Positions 46,509-55,746 of a DNA stretch of 64,000 nucleotides are shown here, piece by piece. The first letter of the stretch is position 1; each line of letters begins with the position of its first letter. The notes under the pieces are model-generated. The model had not been told where the DNA came from and made no database searches. It saw only the letters and a list, made by a program, of their open reading frames with translations. The position numbers were made by a program, and so were the translations under genes. The stretch lies in the NCBI GenBank assembly GCA_964544545.1, contig CAZJCG010000019.1, positions 3,031 through 67,030 of the forward strand, in the 5' to 3' direction. Source of the stretch: an uncultured Lentimicrobiaceae bacterium (GTDB lineage Bacteria > Bacteroidota > Bacteroidia > Bacteroidales > UBA4417).

Positions 46509-48377
46509 ATGAAAACACCTTTGGTTTATATAGTTGACGAAAAATGCAAGGCCTGCTATGCCTGCATCCGGATCTGCCCGGTTAAGGCGATCGAGCTCAG
46601 CAACAACGACGAATTCCCGCGGATTGTCCCGGAACGCTGTATCGGTTGCGGCAGTTGCCTCGAAGTCTGCCATCCCGGTGCCATCCGCTATTACGATTCA
46701 ACCAGCGAGGCAAGGGCTTTACTGGAATCACCGAGAAAGGTCGCAGCCCTGGTCAGCCCCGGTATTTCGGGCGAGTTTGACGACATTACCGACTACCGCA
46801 AATTTGTCAGGATGTTGCTTGAAGCCGGCTTCGATTATGTTCATGAAGCAGCCTTCGGCGTTGACCTGGTCGCAAAAGATTACAATCAACTGATATCTAA
46901 TTTCCTCGGCAGATACTACATCTTTTCAAACTGCCCTCCCGTTGTTGCATGGATCGAAAAATACTATCCTCATCTGCTGGATAATCTTGCTCCGATCGTA
47001 TCGCCAATGATCGCCGGCACCAGGGTGATCCGTCAGGAACATGGCAACGACACCGCCGTGGTGTTCATAGGCCCCTGCATCGGCGCCAAAGAAGAGGCTC
47101 TTCGCTATGAAGATGAAGCCAAGGTGGACGCAGTCCTTACTTTCACCGAACTCCGTCAACTCTTCGAAGAGGCGGGAATCAAGGAAAGCACGGTTGAGTA
47201 TTCCGATTTCGACGGGCCTATCGGGCACAAAGGCTCCATTTATCCGATCAGTAACGGGATACTTCAGGCCGGAAACATCAGCGAAGATATCCTTCAGGGA
47301 AGTCTGGTCACCGCCGACGGTCGGGATACGGTGATGCAGGCAATCCGGCAGTTCGATGAAAGCATCGACCTGATACATAAACACTTCAACCTCTTTTACT
47401 GCGAGGGCTGCATCATGGGACCCGGTACTTCTGCCGGAGGTAAAAAATTCAAGAGGCATACCCTGGTCACCGAATATGCCAACAAGCGACTCAGGGATTT
47501 CGATATTAGCAGCTGGGAGGAAAACATGAGACGGCATGAAAAACTGGACCTGAGCTGTGCCTTCCGGTCTGATGACCAGCGTTTGCCTGTACCTTCGGAA
47601 GAAAAAGTTGAAGAAGTCCTGAAGATCATTGAAAAGAACGAATCGGAACAGGATCTGGGATGCAGGGCCTGCGGATATGATAGTTGCCGGGAGTTCGCTT
47701 CAGCCGTTGCCAACGGGATCGCCCGGACCGACATGTGCATCATGCATTCACTCAAGAGCAAGCAAGAGTATATCCGGACTTTGAAAATTACCAACGAAAA
47801 GCTCGCCCGCACACAACAAGCCTTGCTGGAATCAGAGAAAAGAGCCCTCGGCGAAAAACAGCTTGCCCAGGATGCCCTGGAAACCTCGCAGACCATGCTG
47901 CGGAAACTTCCAACGGCTGTCGTGATCGTGGATGATAACCTGAAAATCATAGGCTCCAACGACAGCTTTGTGACGATCCTGGGTGAGGACGCTGCCGAAA
48001 TCAACGACATTATTCCCGGACTCATCGGTGCCGACCTGAAGACCTTACTGCCTGTACAGTTCTATAAACTCTTTTCTTACGTGCTTACCAGCAATGAAGA
48101 TGTAATGGGAAGGGATGTACATATTGGCGACAAGTTATTGAATGTCACCATTTTCGGAATAAAAAAGAACAAGATAGTCGGTGGCGTGGTCAGGGACATG
48201 TATATGCCTGAAGTAAGGAAAGAAGAGGTGATCAGTCGGGTAACCGAGGTGATCGATCAAAACCTGGAACTGGTGCAGCAGATCGCTTTCCTCCTGGGCG
48301 AAGGAGCTTCCAAAACAGAGAAGATGCTGAATTCTATCATAGAGTCACATCGTTCGCAAGAAAGCAGTAAGCCCTGA
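46509..48377 (+). CDS. hydS: Sensory-type [FeFe]-hydrogenase with C-terminal PAS domain (HydS-like)
   Basis: 622 aa. Two ferredoxin motifs. H-domain motifs FSNCPPVV, GPCIGAKEE and YCEGCIMGPG. Extra motif CRACGYDSC-x16-C. Coiled coil, then a PAS-like segment (LPTAVVIVDDNLKIIGSNDSFVTILG). Confidence 0.8.
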   Translation: MKTPLVYIVDEKCKACYACIRICPVKAIELSNNDEFPRIVPERCIGCGSCLEVCHPGAIRYYDSTSEARALLESPRKVAALVSPGISGEFDDITDYRKFVRMLLEAGFDYVHEAAFGVDLVAKDYNQLISNFLGRYYIFSNCPPVVAWIEKYYPHLLDNLAPIVSPMIAGTRVIRQEHGNDTAVVFIGPCIGAKEEALRYEDEAKVDAVLTFTELRQLFEEAGIKESTVEYSDFDGPIGHKGSIYPISNGILQAGNISEDILQGSLVTADGRDTVMQAIRQFDESIDLIHKHFNLFYCEGCIMGPGTSAGGKKFKRHTLVTEYANKRLRDFDISSWEENMRRHEKLDLSCAFRSDDQRLPVPSEEKVEEVLKIIEKNESEQDLGCRACGYDSCREFASAVANGIARTDMCIMHSLKSKQEYIRTLKITNEKLARTQQALLESEKRALGEKQLAQDALETSQTMLRKLPTAVVIVDDNLKIIGSNDSFVTILGEDAAEINDIIPGLIGADLKTLLPVQFYKLFSYVLTSNEDVMGRDVHIGDKLLNVTIFGIKKNKIVGGVVRDMYMPEVRKEEVISRVTEVIDQNLELVQQIAFLLGEGASKTEKMLNSIIESHRSQESSKP

Positions 48378-48425
48378 CGGATAACTGACGGATTCGAAAA
48401 CTAACTGACCGACACGAAAGAGATC

Positions 48426-49613
48426 ATGGCTGAAGACCAGTTTTATGTTGAGGTAAATGCCGTACAGAAAAACTACGACCAGGAAAGGATTTGCGGTGAC
48501 AAATTCCTGACCCGCAGGATCCATGAGGAGAACAGGATCATCGTCGTACTTTCGGATGGCATGGGGCACGGGGTAAAAGCCAGCATGCTATCGACCCTGA
48601 CTGCGACCATGGCCCTGAATTTTACCGAGGAACACAAGGATGTCAATACCATTGCCGACCTGATCATGAATACCCTTCCGGTCTGCAGTGAGCGAAAGAT
48701 GAGTTATTCCACCTTCACCATAATCGACATGGAGATCGATGGTGAAACCCGCATCCTGGAGTACGATAATCCCCAGACAGCTATCCTGCGAAAGAATAAA
48801 CTGTTTGATCCGGGCTGGCAATGCATCATACTTGAATCCGAGAAGAATGCAGGTAAGGAATTGCGTACCTGTTCCTTCCGGCATCAGAAGGAAGACCGCA
48901 TCGTTGTGTGCTCCGACGGCATTCCGCAGTCCGGAATGGGAAGTTCCAAGTTTCCCTTTGGCTGGGGAACGGAGAATTTTGAAACCTACATCCAGGAACT
49001 GGTAACGCATGATCGCACCATTTCAGCCCTGCAACTGGCCGCCAAAGTCGTGAATATTGCCAACCTTAATGATAATTATCACCCTAAGGATGACACAAGT
49101 TGCGCCGTGGTATATTTCCGGCAACCCCGCAAGTTGCTTCTCTGTACCGGCCCTCCGTATGAAGAAGTGAACGATTCAAAACTCGCGAATGCTGTCAGGG
49201 AGTTTGAAGGGAAAAAAATCCTCTGTGGTGCCACCACCGGAGATATCATTTCAAGGGAACTGGGACTTCCGATCATCGACAGTTTTGAATTCGATGATCC
49301 TGACCTGCCGCCGGTATCGTTCATGGAAGGAATTGACCTGGTGACCGAAGGGATATTGACCCTGGGAAAGGTCTCCAGAATCCTGAAAGATTATTCCCAG
49401 AAATATAAGCTCGGCAAAGGCCCTGCTGATCAGATCGTCAGGCTGTTGCTCGAAAGCGATGAGATCCATTTTATCATCGGAACACGCATCAACATAGCCC
49501 ATCAGGATCCCAGCCTTCCGGTGGAGTTGGAAATCCGGCGCACGGTGGTAAAAAGAATCGCCCGTACCCTCGAGGAGAAGTTCCTTAAGGAAGTAAGGAC
49601 AAGGTTTATCTAA
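48426..49613 (+). CDS. PP2C/SpoIIE-family protein phosphatase with C-terminal uncharacterised domain
   Basis: 395 aa with ICGDKF and VLSDGMGHGVKAS metal-binding motifs. The ~150-aa C-terminal extension has no recognised fold. Confidence 0.8.
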   Translation: MAEDQFYVEVNAVQKNYDQERICGDKFLTRRIHEENRIIVVLSDGMGHGVKASMLSTLTATMALNFTEEHKDVNTIADLIMNTLPVCSERKMSYSTFTIIDMEIDGETRILEYDNPQTAILRKNKLFDPGWQCIILESEKNAGKELRTCSFRHQKEDRIVVCSDGIPQSGMGSSKFPFGWGTENFETYIQELVTHDRTISALQLAAKVVNIANLNDNYHPKDDTSCAVVYFRQPRKLLLCTGPPYEEVNDSKLANAVREFEGKKILCGATTGDIISRELGLPIIDSFEFDDPDLPPVSFMEGIDLVTEGILTLGKVSRILKDYSQKYKLGKGPADQIVRLLLESDEIHFIIGTRINIAHQDPSLPVELEIRRTVVKRIARTLEEKFLKEVRTRFI

Positions 49614-49738
49614 AAGTATCCCACGACGCGGCATTTATTTGGGATTTCTTTCTATTTTTACTTTTCGTATCCTATACGATGGCGCTTGCTACCGGCTTTG
49701 CCCATAACAGGTTGAACAGCAATATCAAGTAAATCACA

Positions 49739-50314
49739 GTGCAAAAGATCGAATTAACCATTTTAGGCCTGTCCTATAGTCAGACGCAGACAAATTCGTA
49801 TGCTTTGATTCTGGGAGAAGTGAATGGCAAGAGGAGGCTTCCCATTGTGATCGGTCATTTTGAGGCACAGGCAATCGCTTTGGAACTGGAGAAGATGAAG
49901 CCTTCGAGGCCGCTCACTCATGATCTGTTCAAGAATTTTGCCGACACATACGGTATCAGCATCGAAGAGGTGATCATCAATAAATTTCAGGATGGTATTT
50001 TTTATGCCCTTCTGATCTGTAACGACGGTATCAAAATCCAGCATATCGATTCACGAACATCCGATGCCATTGCTCTGGCTATCCGTTTCGGTTGCCCTAT
50101 CTATACCTATGAGCATATCATGGCACAAGCCGGCATCACTTATGAAGACGATGAAACGGAAGAATTCCCTCAGCCCGGGCAACCTACTGAAAATCTAAGT
50201 GAATTTTCCAGTATGAGTTTTGAAGAATTGCAGGAAGAGCTTCAGAAAGCGGTGGAACATGAAGAATATGAACGGGCTTCCCTGATCCGCGATGAAATAA
50301 ACCGGCGAAAATAA
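49739..50314 (+). CDS. Bifunctional nuclease (BFN/DUF151) domain protein with C-terminal UVR motif
   Basis: 191 aa with a GTG start. RRLPIVIGHFEAQAIALELE and LTHDLF are typical of BFN. The C-terminus EEYERASLIRDEI resembles a UVR motif. Confidence 0.7.
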   Translation: MQKIELTILGLSYSQTQTNSYALILGEVNGKRRLPIVIGHFEAQAIALELEKMKPSRPLTHDLFKNFADTYGISIEEVIINKFQDGIFYALLICNDGIKIQHIDSRTSDAIALAIRFGCPIYTYEHIMAQAGITYEDDETEEFPQPGQPTENLSEFSSMSFEELQEELQKAVEHEEYERASLIRDEINRRK

Positions 50315-50347
50315 TACTCCCAATTTATACGCATTAACACTACTACG

Positions 50348-51598
50348 ATGAGTCTGAGGTTTAGGTTGATCCTGATGAACTTCCTCCAGTTCTTTATTTG
50401 GGGTTCCTGGTTACTTACTATCGGCGCTTACTGGTTCCAGAACAAACATTGGTCGGGCACCGAATTCGGAGCGATCTTCTCCACCATGGGAATCGCCTCT
50501 CTGTTCATGCCTGCAATAGCCGGCATCATTGCCGACCGCTGGGTGAATGCAGAAAAGCTTTATGGAATTTTCCACCTCATCGGTGCCGGTCTCTTGTTTA
50601 TGGTCCCGACGGTGAACGATCCGTCCAAAATGTTCTGGATCATGTTGCTTTGCATGATCTTCTACATGCCTACCATCGCCCTGGCAATCACCGTTGCCTA
50701 TTCGGCCATGAAGAAGCAGGGGATGGATATCATCAAGGATTATCCTCCGGTGAGGGTCTGGGGAACCATTGGCTTCATCGTTGCTCTGTGGACCGTCAGC
50801 CTGAGCGGATTTGAGACATCTGCCGCACAATTCTATGTTGCCTCTGCAGCCTCTCTTTTCCTTGGCATCTATGCATTCAGTATGCCCAAATGCCCTCCTC
50901 TCGGACATGGTCACAGGACTTCCTTTGTGAGCGCACTGGGCCTGAACGCTTTTGCCCTGTTTAAAAATACCAAGATGGCGATATTCTTCATTTTTGCCAT
51001 GTTGCTCGGAGCAGCTCTTCAGCTTACCAACGCTTACGGGGATACGTTCCTTCACGATTTCGCCAAAATCCCGGAATATGCCGATCTTTTCGCCATCAAG
51101 TATCCGGCTATCATCATGTCGATCTCACAGATCTCCGAAACCGCATTCATACTGACTATCCCTTTCTTCCTCCGACGCTTCGGCATCAAAAAAGTGATGC
51201 TCTTCAGCATGATTGCCTGGGTGTTGCGTTTCGGGCTGTTTGCTTACGGTAATCCTGCCGGAGGCTTGTGGATGATCATTCTTTCGTGCATCATCTATGG
51301 CATGGCATTCGACTTCTTCAATATTTCGGGATCTCTTTTCGTCGAGACACAGAGCGATCCGAGCATCCGCGCCAGCGCCCAGGGACTTTTCATGATGATG
51401 ACCAACGGTTTCGGCGCTTTCCTTGGAAGCCGGATCAGCGGTATTGTGATTGACAAGTATTTCACCACCTCCGCCGGTCTTCAATGGAAAGGTATCTGGA
51501 TCGCATTTGCAGCCTATTCGCTGGTTGTCGCCATATTGTTTGCCATTCTGTTTAAGCATAAACACGACCCGGAATCAATGGTAAGCGTACAGCATTAA
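50348..51598 (+). CDS. NupG/XapB-type nucleoside permease (MFS)
   Basis: 416 aa with 12 predicted TM helices. The N-terminus LMNFLQFFIWGSWLLTIGAYW is typical of the nucleoside:H+ symporter family. Confidence 0.7.
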   Translation: MSLRFRLILMNFLQFFIWGSWLLTIGAYWFQNKHWSGTEFGAIFSTMGIASLFMPAIAGIIADRWVNAEKLYGIFHLIGAGLLFMVPTVNDPSKMFWIMLLCMIFYMPTIALAITVAYSAMKKQGMDIIKDYPPVRVWGTIGFIVALWTVSLSGFETSAAQFYVASAASLFLGIYAFSMPKCPPLGHGHRTSFVSALGLNAFALFKNTKMAIFFIFAMLLGAALQLTNAYGDTFLHDFAKIPEYADLFAIKYPAIIMSISQISETAFILTIPFFLRRFGIKKVMLFSMIAWVLRFGLFAYGNPAGGLWMIILSCIIYGMAFDFFNISGSLFVETQSDPSIRASAQGLFMMMTNGFGAFLGSRISGIVIDKYFTTSAGLQWKGIWIAFAAYSLVVAILFAILFKHKHDPESMVSVQH

Positions 51599-51636
51599 TC
51601 CGATAAATCCCGAAAAGAGGAATATCCCATCCTGCC

Positions 51637-52008
51637 ATGGAAGACTATTCCGGCCATTATTCAGAAGAATCCCTGAAGGAAAAACTCAGCAGTTATGCCA
51701 GAGCGGCTGGGCACAAGGTGGTATTTCAGGTACTCCTTCTCTATAATGTTTTGACGGATAAACATACGCCGCTGCAGTCGCGGCTGGTTATAATTGCAGC
51801 CCTGGGATACTTCATCTTCCCCCTGGACGGCATCCCTGACCTGACTCCACTGATAGGCTATTCGGATGATCTGGGCGTTTTATTATTCACGATCAGCCAG
51901 GTGACCGGCAGTATTACACCTTCCATCAGGAAGAAGACAGAAAATATGATCCATAAATGGTTTCCAGAACCAGCGGCTGACGAAAGCGCCGATATTCCCG
52001 AAGCCTGA
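51637..52008 (+). CDS. YkvA/DUF1232 family membrane protein
   Basis: 123 aa. YFIFPLDGIPDLTPLIGYSDDLGVL is the DUF1232 signature. Confidence 0.7.
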   Translation: MEDYSGHYSEESLKEKLSSYARAAGHKVVFQVLLLYNVLTDKHTPLQSRLVIIAALGYFIFPLDGIPDLTPLIGYSDDLGVLLFTISQVTGSITPSIRKKTENMIHKWFPEPAADESADIPEA

Positions 52009-52175
52009 TGCCGAAGCATTGAACCGGTTTCCTGTCTCGTATGTTAATAACTCAGGATAAAAAGAAAGCCTGAATTTTCTCAGATTTTACCATTTTTGGA
52101 AACCTGTATGACAAACACATACTCTGAGGAATTCTTATTCGTACCTTACCTTTCAACCTTACCAGTAACCTGATT

Positions 52176-52970
52176 ATGAAGCAATACCATGATCTGCTTA
52201 AGCATGTGATGGAGCATGGCATCCTGAAACAGGACCGCACGGGAACCGGAACACGCAGCATATTCGGATACCAGATGCGGTTTGATCTGGCTGAGGGTTT
52301 CCCGGCGCTCACTACCAAGAAACTGCATCTCCGTTCCATCATACATGAACTGCTTTGGTTCCTGAAAGGTGAAACAAATCTTCGCTACCTCCACGAAAAC
52401 AAAGTCACCATCTGGGATGAATGGGCTGATGCAAACGGAGAGTTAGGCCCTGTTTATGGGCATCAATGGAGAAGCTGGGATACTGCGGACGGACGCACTA
52501 TTGACCAGATCACTCAGGCCGTGGAACTGATCCGGCACAATCCTGACTCCAGAAGGATCCTCGTAAATGCCTGGAATGTGGGACAGATTGATCAGATGGC
52601 CCTCCCCCCCTGCCATGTTCTTTTTCAGTTTTATGTGACAGATGGTCGGTTATCCTGCCAGTTATACCAGCGCAGCGCCGATATTTTCCTCGGCGTGCCG
52701 TTCAATATTGCTTCCTATTCATTGCTGACAATGATGATTGCCCAGGTAACAGGACTGAAACCGGGAGAGTTTATCCATACCTTCGGTGATGCGCATATCT
52801 ACCTGAACCATACCGAGCAGGTGCAACTCCAGCTCAGCCGTGACTTCAGGCCGCTGCCAAAGATGAATATCAATCCGGAAGTAAAGGACATTTTTGGATT
52901 CAAATACGAGGATTTTGAACTCACCGGATATGATCCGCACCCTGTCATTAAGGCGCCGATTGCTGTTTAA
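52176..52970 (+). CDS. thyA: Thymidylate synthase
   Basis: 264 aa with [12 protein letters not shown], the catalytic-Cys motif [12 protein letters not shown], and a C-terminal IAV. Confidence 0.95.
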   Translation: MKQYHDLLKHVMEHGILKQDRTGTGTRSIFGYQMRFDLAEGFPALTTKKLHLRSIIHELLWFLKGETNLRYLHENKVTIWDEWADANGELGPVYGHQWRSWDTADGRTIDQITQAVELIRHNPDSRRILVNAWNVGQIDQMALPPCHVLFQFYVTDGRLSCQLYQRSADIFLGVPFNIASYSLLTMMIAQVTGLKPGEFIHTFGDAHIYLNHTEQVQLQLSRDFRPLPKMNINPEVKDIFGFKYEDFELTGYDPHPVIKAPIAV

Positions 52971-53335
52971 AGATAGAATGTGAGAATTTATAAATTTAAG
53001 AATGTAAGAATTAGTTAATTAGCTAATTCGATAATTCGATGATTGAATATCAATTGTAATCCGATGCTCTCTGCCCTAAGCCTTACGCTCTCTGCTGTTC
53101 AAAGAAAATGGTTCTCGCAGATAACGCAGATTAAAACGCAGATAAGCGCTGATAAATAAATGCATTGTGCTGGAATCTGTGAGAAACAAGGTTAAGCATG
53201 GACAAGACAAAAGATAAAAGGAAAAAGATAAAAGAATTCACTACGAATTACAATGAATGACAATGAATGACAATGAGTGACCATGATTGAAAATCTACTC
53301 CCTGCCCTAAGCTCTTCGCCCTGTGCAACTAAGCT
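52971..53335. repeat. Mosaic intergenic repeat (same module family as 23968..24830)
   Basis: AATTTAAGAATGTAAGAATTAGTTAATTAGCTAATTCG (52993..). CCCTAAGCCTTACGCTCTCTGCT. GGTTCTCGCAGATAACGCAGATTAAAACGCAGATAAGCGCTGAT (53110..). GACAAAAGATAAAAGGAAAAAGATAAAAGA. GAATGACAATGAATGACAATGAGTGAC. Confidence 0.75.
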
Positions 53336-53380
53336 TTAACCTCTGAACTTCAAAATCTGACACCAGAAATCCAAATCACT

Positions 53381-53869
53381 ATGCGCCCAATCATATCAAT
53401 AATCGTCGCTATTGCCCGGAACAATGCCATTGGTAAAGACAACCAGCTCTTATGGCATATCCCTGAAGACCTGAAGCGGTTCAAAAAGCTCACCACCGGG
53501 CACACCATTGTAATGGGGAAGCGTACTTTTGAATCCCTGCCGTTCCGGCCCTTGCCGAATCGCCGGAGTGTAGTGATAACAGATGTTCCTGGAGAACAGA
53601 TTGAAGGTTGTACAATGGCTTACTCAATCGCAGATGCAATTGATAAGATGGAAGCTGACGCCGAGAATTTCATTATAGGTGGCGGTTCCGTGTACACACA
53701 GTTCCTTCCCCATGCCGATAAGCTTTACCTCACGCTGGTGAACAAGGATTTTGAAGCCGATGTTTTTTTTCCGGTTATCGATTACTCTGAATGGGATGTA
53801 GTTTCCCGCACCGAAAGCACGTCGGATGATCTGAGCTATACATTCCTCGACCTGCAAAGAAAGAAGTAA
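53381..53869 (+). CDS. folA: Dihydrofolate reductase
   Basis: 162 aa with IGKDNQLLWHIPEDLKRFKKLTTGHTIVMGKRTFES and IGGGSVY. Confidence 0.9.
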   Translation: MRPIISIIVAIARNNAIGKDNQLLWHIPEDLKRFKKLTTGHTIVMGKRTFESLPFRPLPNRRSVVITDVPGEQIEGCTMAYSIADAIDKMEADAENFIIGGGSVYTQFLPHADKLYLTLVNKDFEADVFFPVIDYSEWDVVSRTESTSDDLSYTFLDLQRKK

Positions 53870-53877
53870 GGTCCTCT

Positions 53878-53891
53878 GCTATCCGGATAGC
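53878..53891. terminator. Perfect 14-bp palindrome between convergent genes
   Basis: GCTATCCGGATAGC lies between the folA stop (53869) and the stop of the minus-strand gene (53894). There is no T run, so terminator function is uncertain. Confidence 0.25.
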
Positions 53892-53893
53892 GA

Positions 53894-55393
53894 TCAGGGA
53901 TAAACCGCTCCAATAAAGGCATTAGAATTATTATCCACCACCATCATATCCGACGAGTCGATCAGTCCATCGCCATTGCAATCTCCCGGCAGGTATCCGG
54001 TAGCAAACACAGACACATCATTATCGACCATGATCAGGTCGCTGGAGTCAATCAGACCGTCCTGGTTGACATCGCCTGTGTATAGCGCCCAGATCCCGTC
54101 TGCCATCTGGATCATGTTATCACCGTATGTCTGGAGAGCAGAACTAGCAAATTCATATATAATAGTGCTTCCCGAAAAGGAAATGGCTGTAGCAGAAACG
54201 ACAGGGATACTGTTACGGTGCCTGATCGTCAGGTAGTAGAAACCATTATAAACAGCCGGAATGGAGAAGTTAACAATGCCATCGGTACCAAGAACCAGAT
54301 TCTGCAATGTAAGCACCGTAGCATTATAGTCAGCAGCATCATGCAGTTCCACGGTGACCTGATCGGCAATCCCGCTTCCGAAATTTGGTCCGGATTCATT
54401 GAAAGCCTGGCTCATATGCCCGCCGCTCTGGTATAATCCCTGAACATACAAGCGGATATGAACTTGCTTATCGCATACACCCGCAGCTTCCGGGACCACC
54501 GATCCATTCAGATAGTACAAATCCTGCGGCGTATCGTTAAGTATTGTAAGACCGGGCGGAGGACCAGTATAACTGCATGACGGACCGTTGTCGATCCAGC
54601 TGAGCGAAGTAGAACCGCCCAGGTAAGTAAAATGAACCGTAACAAGTTCCGCATCGGAAGGCAGTGTGACCCCTGAACCTGTTGCAGGTGCTGTACCGGT
54701 AACGGATATAACCCCTGCCACCGATCCGTCGACCGATAGTCCGGGAAAAAGAGCATTCCCTGTAGCCGTCTGGAATACCAGGACTGAAGGATCATACTGT
54801 AATTGAAGTGTGACGGATCCGATATGACTGAAATTACTTACAGTAACAGGTACACTGACATCACTGCCAGGGCAGGCAGCCAGGTTGGGTGCCGCTGTGA
54901 GCGGGGCATCCGTTGAAAGCACCGTCAGTGATCCGGGGATATAGAAACTTGATGCAGGCGAATCGTTGAGTGGTGCCCAGCTTCCGCTGTAATAAATACA
55001 CGAATAGCCATTATCGGAAAAGGAAATTGCGGTTGTTCCAGGGCTGACCCGTAAAAAGCTCAGTGTAAAAAGCAACGTGTTATCAGGAACTGTACAACCC
55101 GGATAGGTGTACCAGCCCAGGCTTATAAAACCAGGATCCGACACGTTGAAATTCAGGTAACCACCCAGCTGAGAACCGGCAGTCACGCTGGTAGCCAACA
55201 CGATCGACGGATCATAAACCAGTAAGAGGTTGCAACTACCGATGTCGGTAAAGCCGGTAGCCGTAATTGCTATGGTTGTGGCTGGTTCACTAAAGACTGA
55301 ACTGCCCGCTGTAGTCACCGGTGCATTCTGTGCCCTGATCATACTGACTGCCAGCATGCAGCACAACACGAAGGGAATCAAAGTCTTTTTCAT
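53894..55393 (-). CDS. Secreted protein: two cohesin-like modules, a middle domain and a C-terminal dockerin; no T9SS CTD
   Basis: 499 aa with a signal peptide ending AQNAPV. Cohesin-like modules (IGSCNLLLVYDPSIVLATS and IGSVTLQLQYDPSVLVFQT). Duplicated Ca-binding repeats DVNQDGLIDSSDLIMVDN and DCNGDGLIDSSDMMVVDN. Confidence 0.75.
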   Translation of the reverse strand: MKKTLIPFVLCCMLAVSMIRAQNAPVTTAGSSVFSEPATTIAITATGFTDIGSCNLLLVYDPSIVLATSVTAGSQLGGYLNFNVSDPGFISLGWYTYPGCTVPDNTLLFTLSFLRVSPGTTAISFSDNGYSCIYYSGSWAPLNDSPASSFYIPGSLTVLSTDAPLTAAPNLAACPGSDVSVPVTVSNFSHIGSVTLQLQYDPSVLVFQTATGNALFPGLSVDGSVAGVISVTGTAPATGSGVTLPSDAELVTVHFTYLGGSTSLSWIDNGPSCSYTGPPPGLTILNDTPQDLYYLNGSVVPEAAGVCDKQVHIRLYVQGLYQSGGHMSQAFNESGPNFGSGIADQVTVELHDAADYNATVLTLQNLVLGTDGIVNFSIPAVYNGFYYLTIRHRNSIPVVSATAISFSGSTIIYEFASSALQTYGDNMIQMADGIWALYTGDVNQDGLIDSSDLIMVDNDVSVFATGYLPGDCNGDGLIDSSDMMVVDNNSNAFIGAVYP

Positions 55394-55456
55394 AGCAGTA
55401 GTCTTTGAGCATTCTTAGCAAACGTGTATTAAATTTGAATCAGCCCGGGGATATTA

Positions 55457-55714
55457 TTACTCCTCAGGTTTACCCAATTTCTCTGTTTTAGGGAAACGCA
55501 TCCTGCGCAGGCCATACGCTACACCAAAGGCTATCAGAATACCGATTCCTTCTCTGATCGGAGCAGAACAATTCCCGGTCCCCGGCTGTGAATTCCCTTT
55601 GATACTATGCTGGGGAGGAGGGATAGGAGGCTGTTGGGCACTGACAGGTGCGAGGCCGGCTGACAGGATCAACAATACTGTAATTGTCAGGAAAATATGG
55701 ATAGAGCGTTTCAT
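55457..55714 (-). CDS. Small secreted/anchored hypothetical protein
   Basis: 85 aa. Signal peptide (ILSAGLAPVSAQ), a Pro-rich linker, then a C-terminal TM helix followed by basic residues (GIGILIAFGVAYGLRRMR). Confidence 0.4.
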   Translation of the reverse strand: MKRSIHIFLTITVLLILSAGLAPVSAQQPPIPPPQHSIKGNSQPGTGNCSAPIREGIGILIAFGVAYGLRRMRFPKTEKLGKPEE

Positions 55715-55746
55715 GGTATAAGGTTTTTTCTTGCTACAATTCTCGA

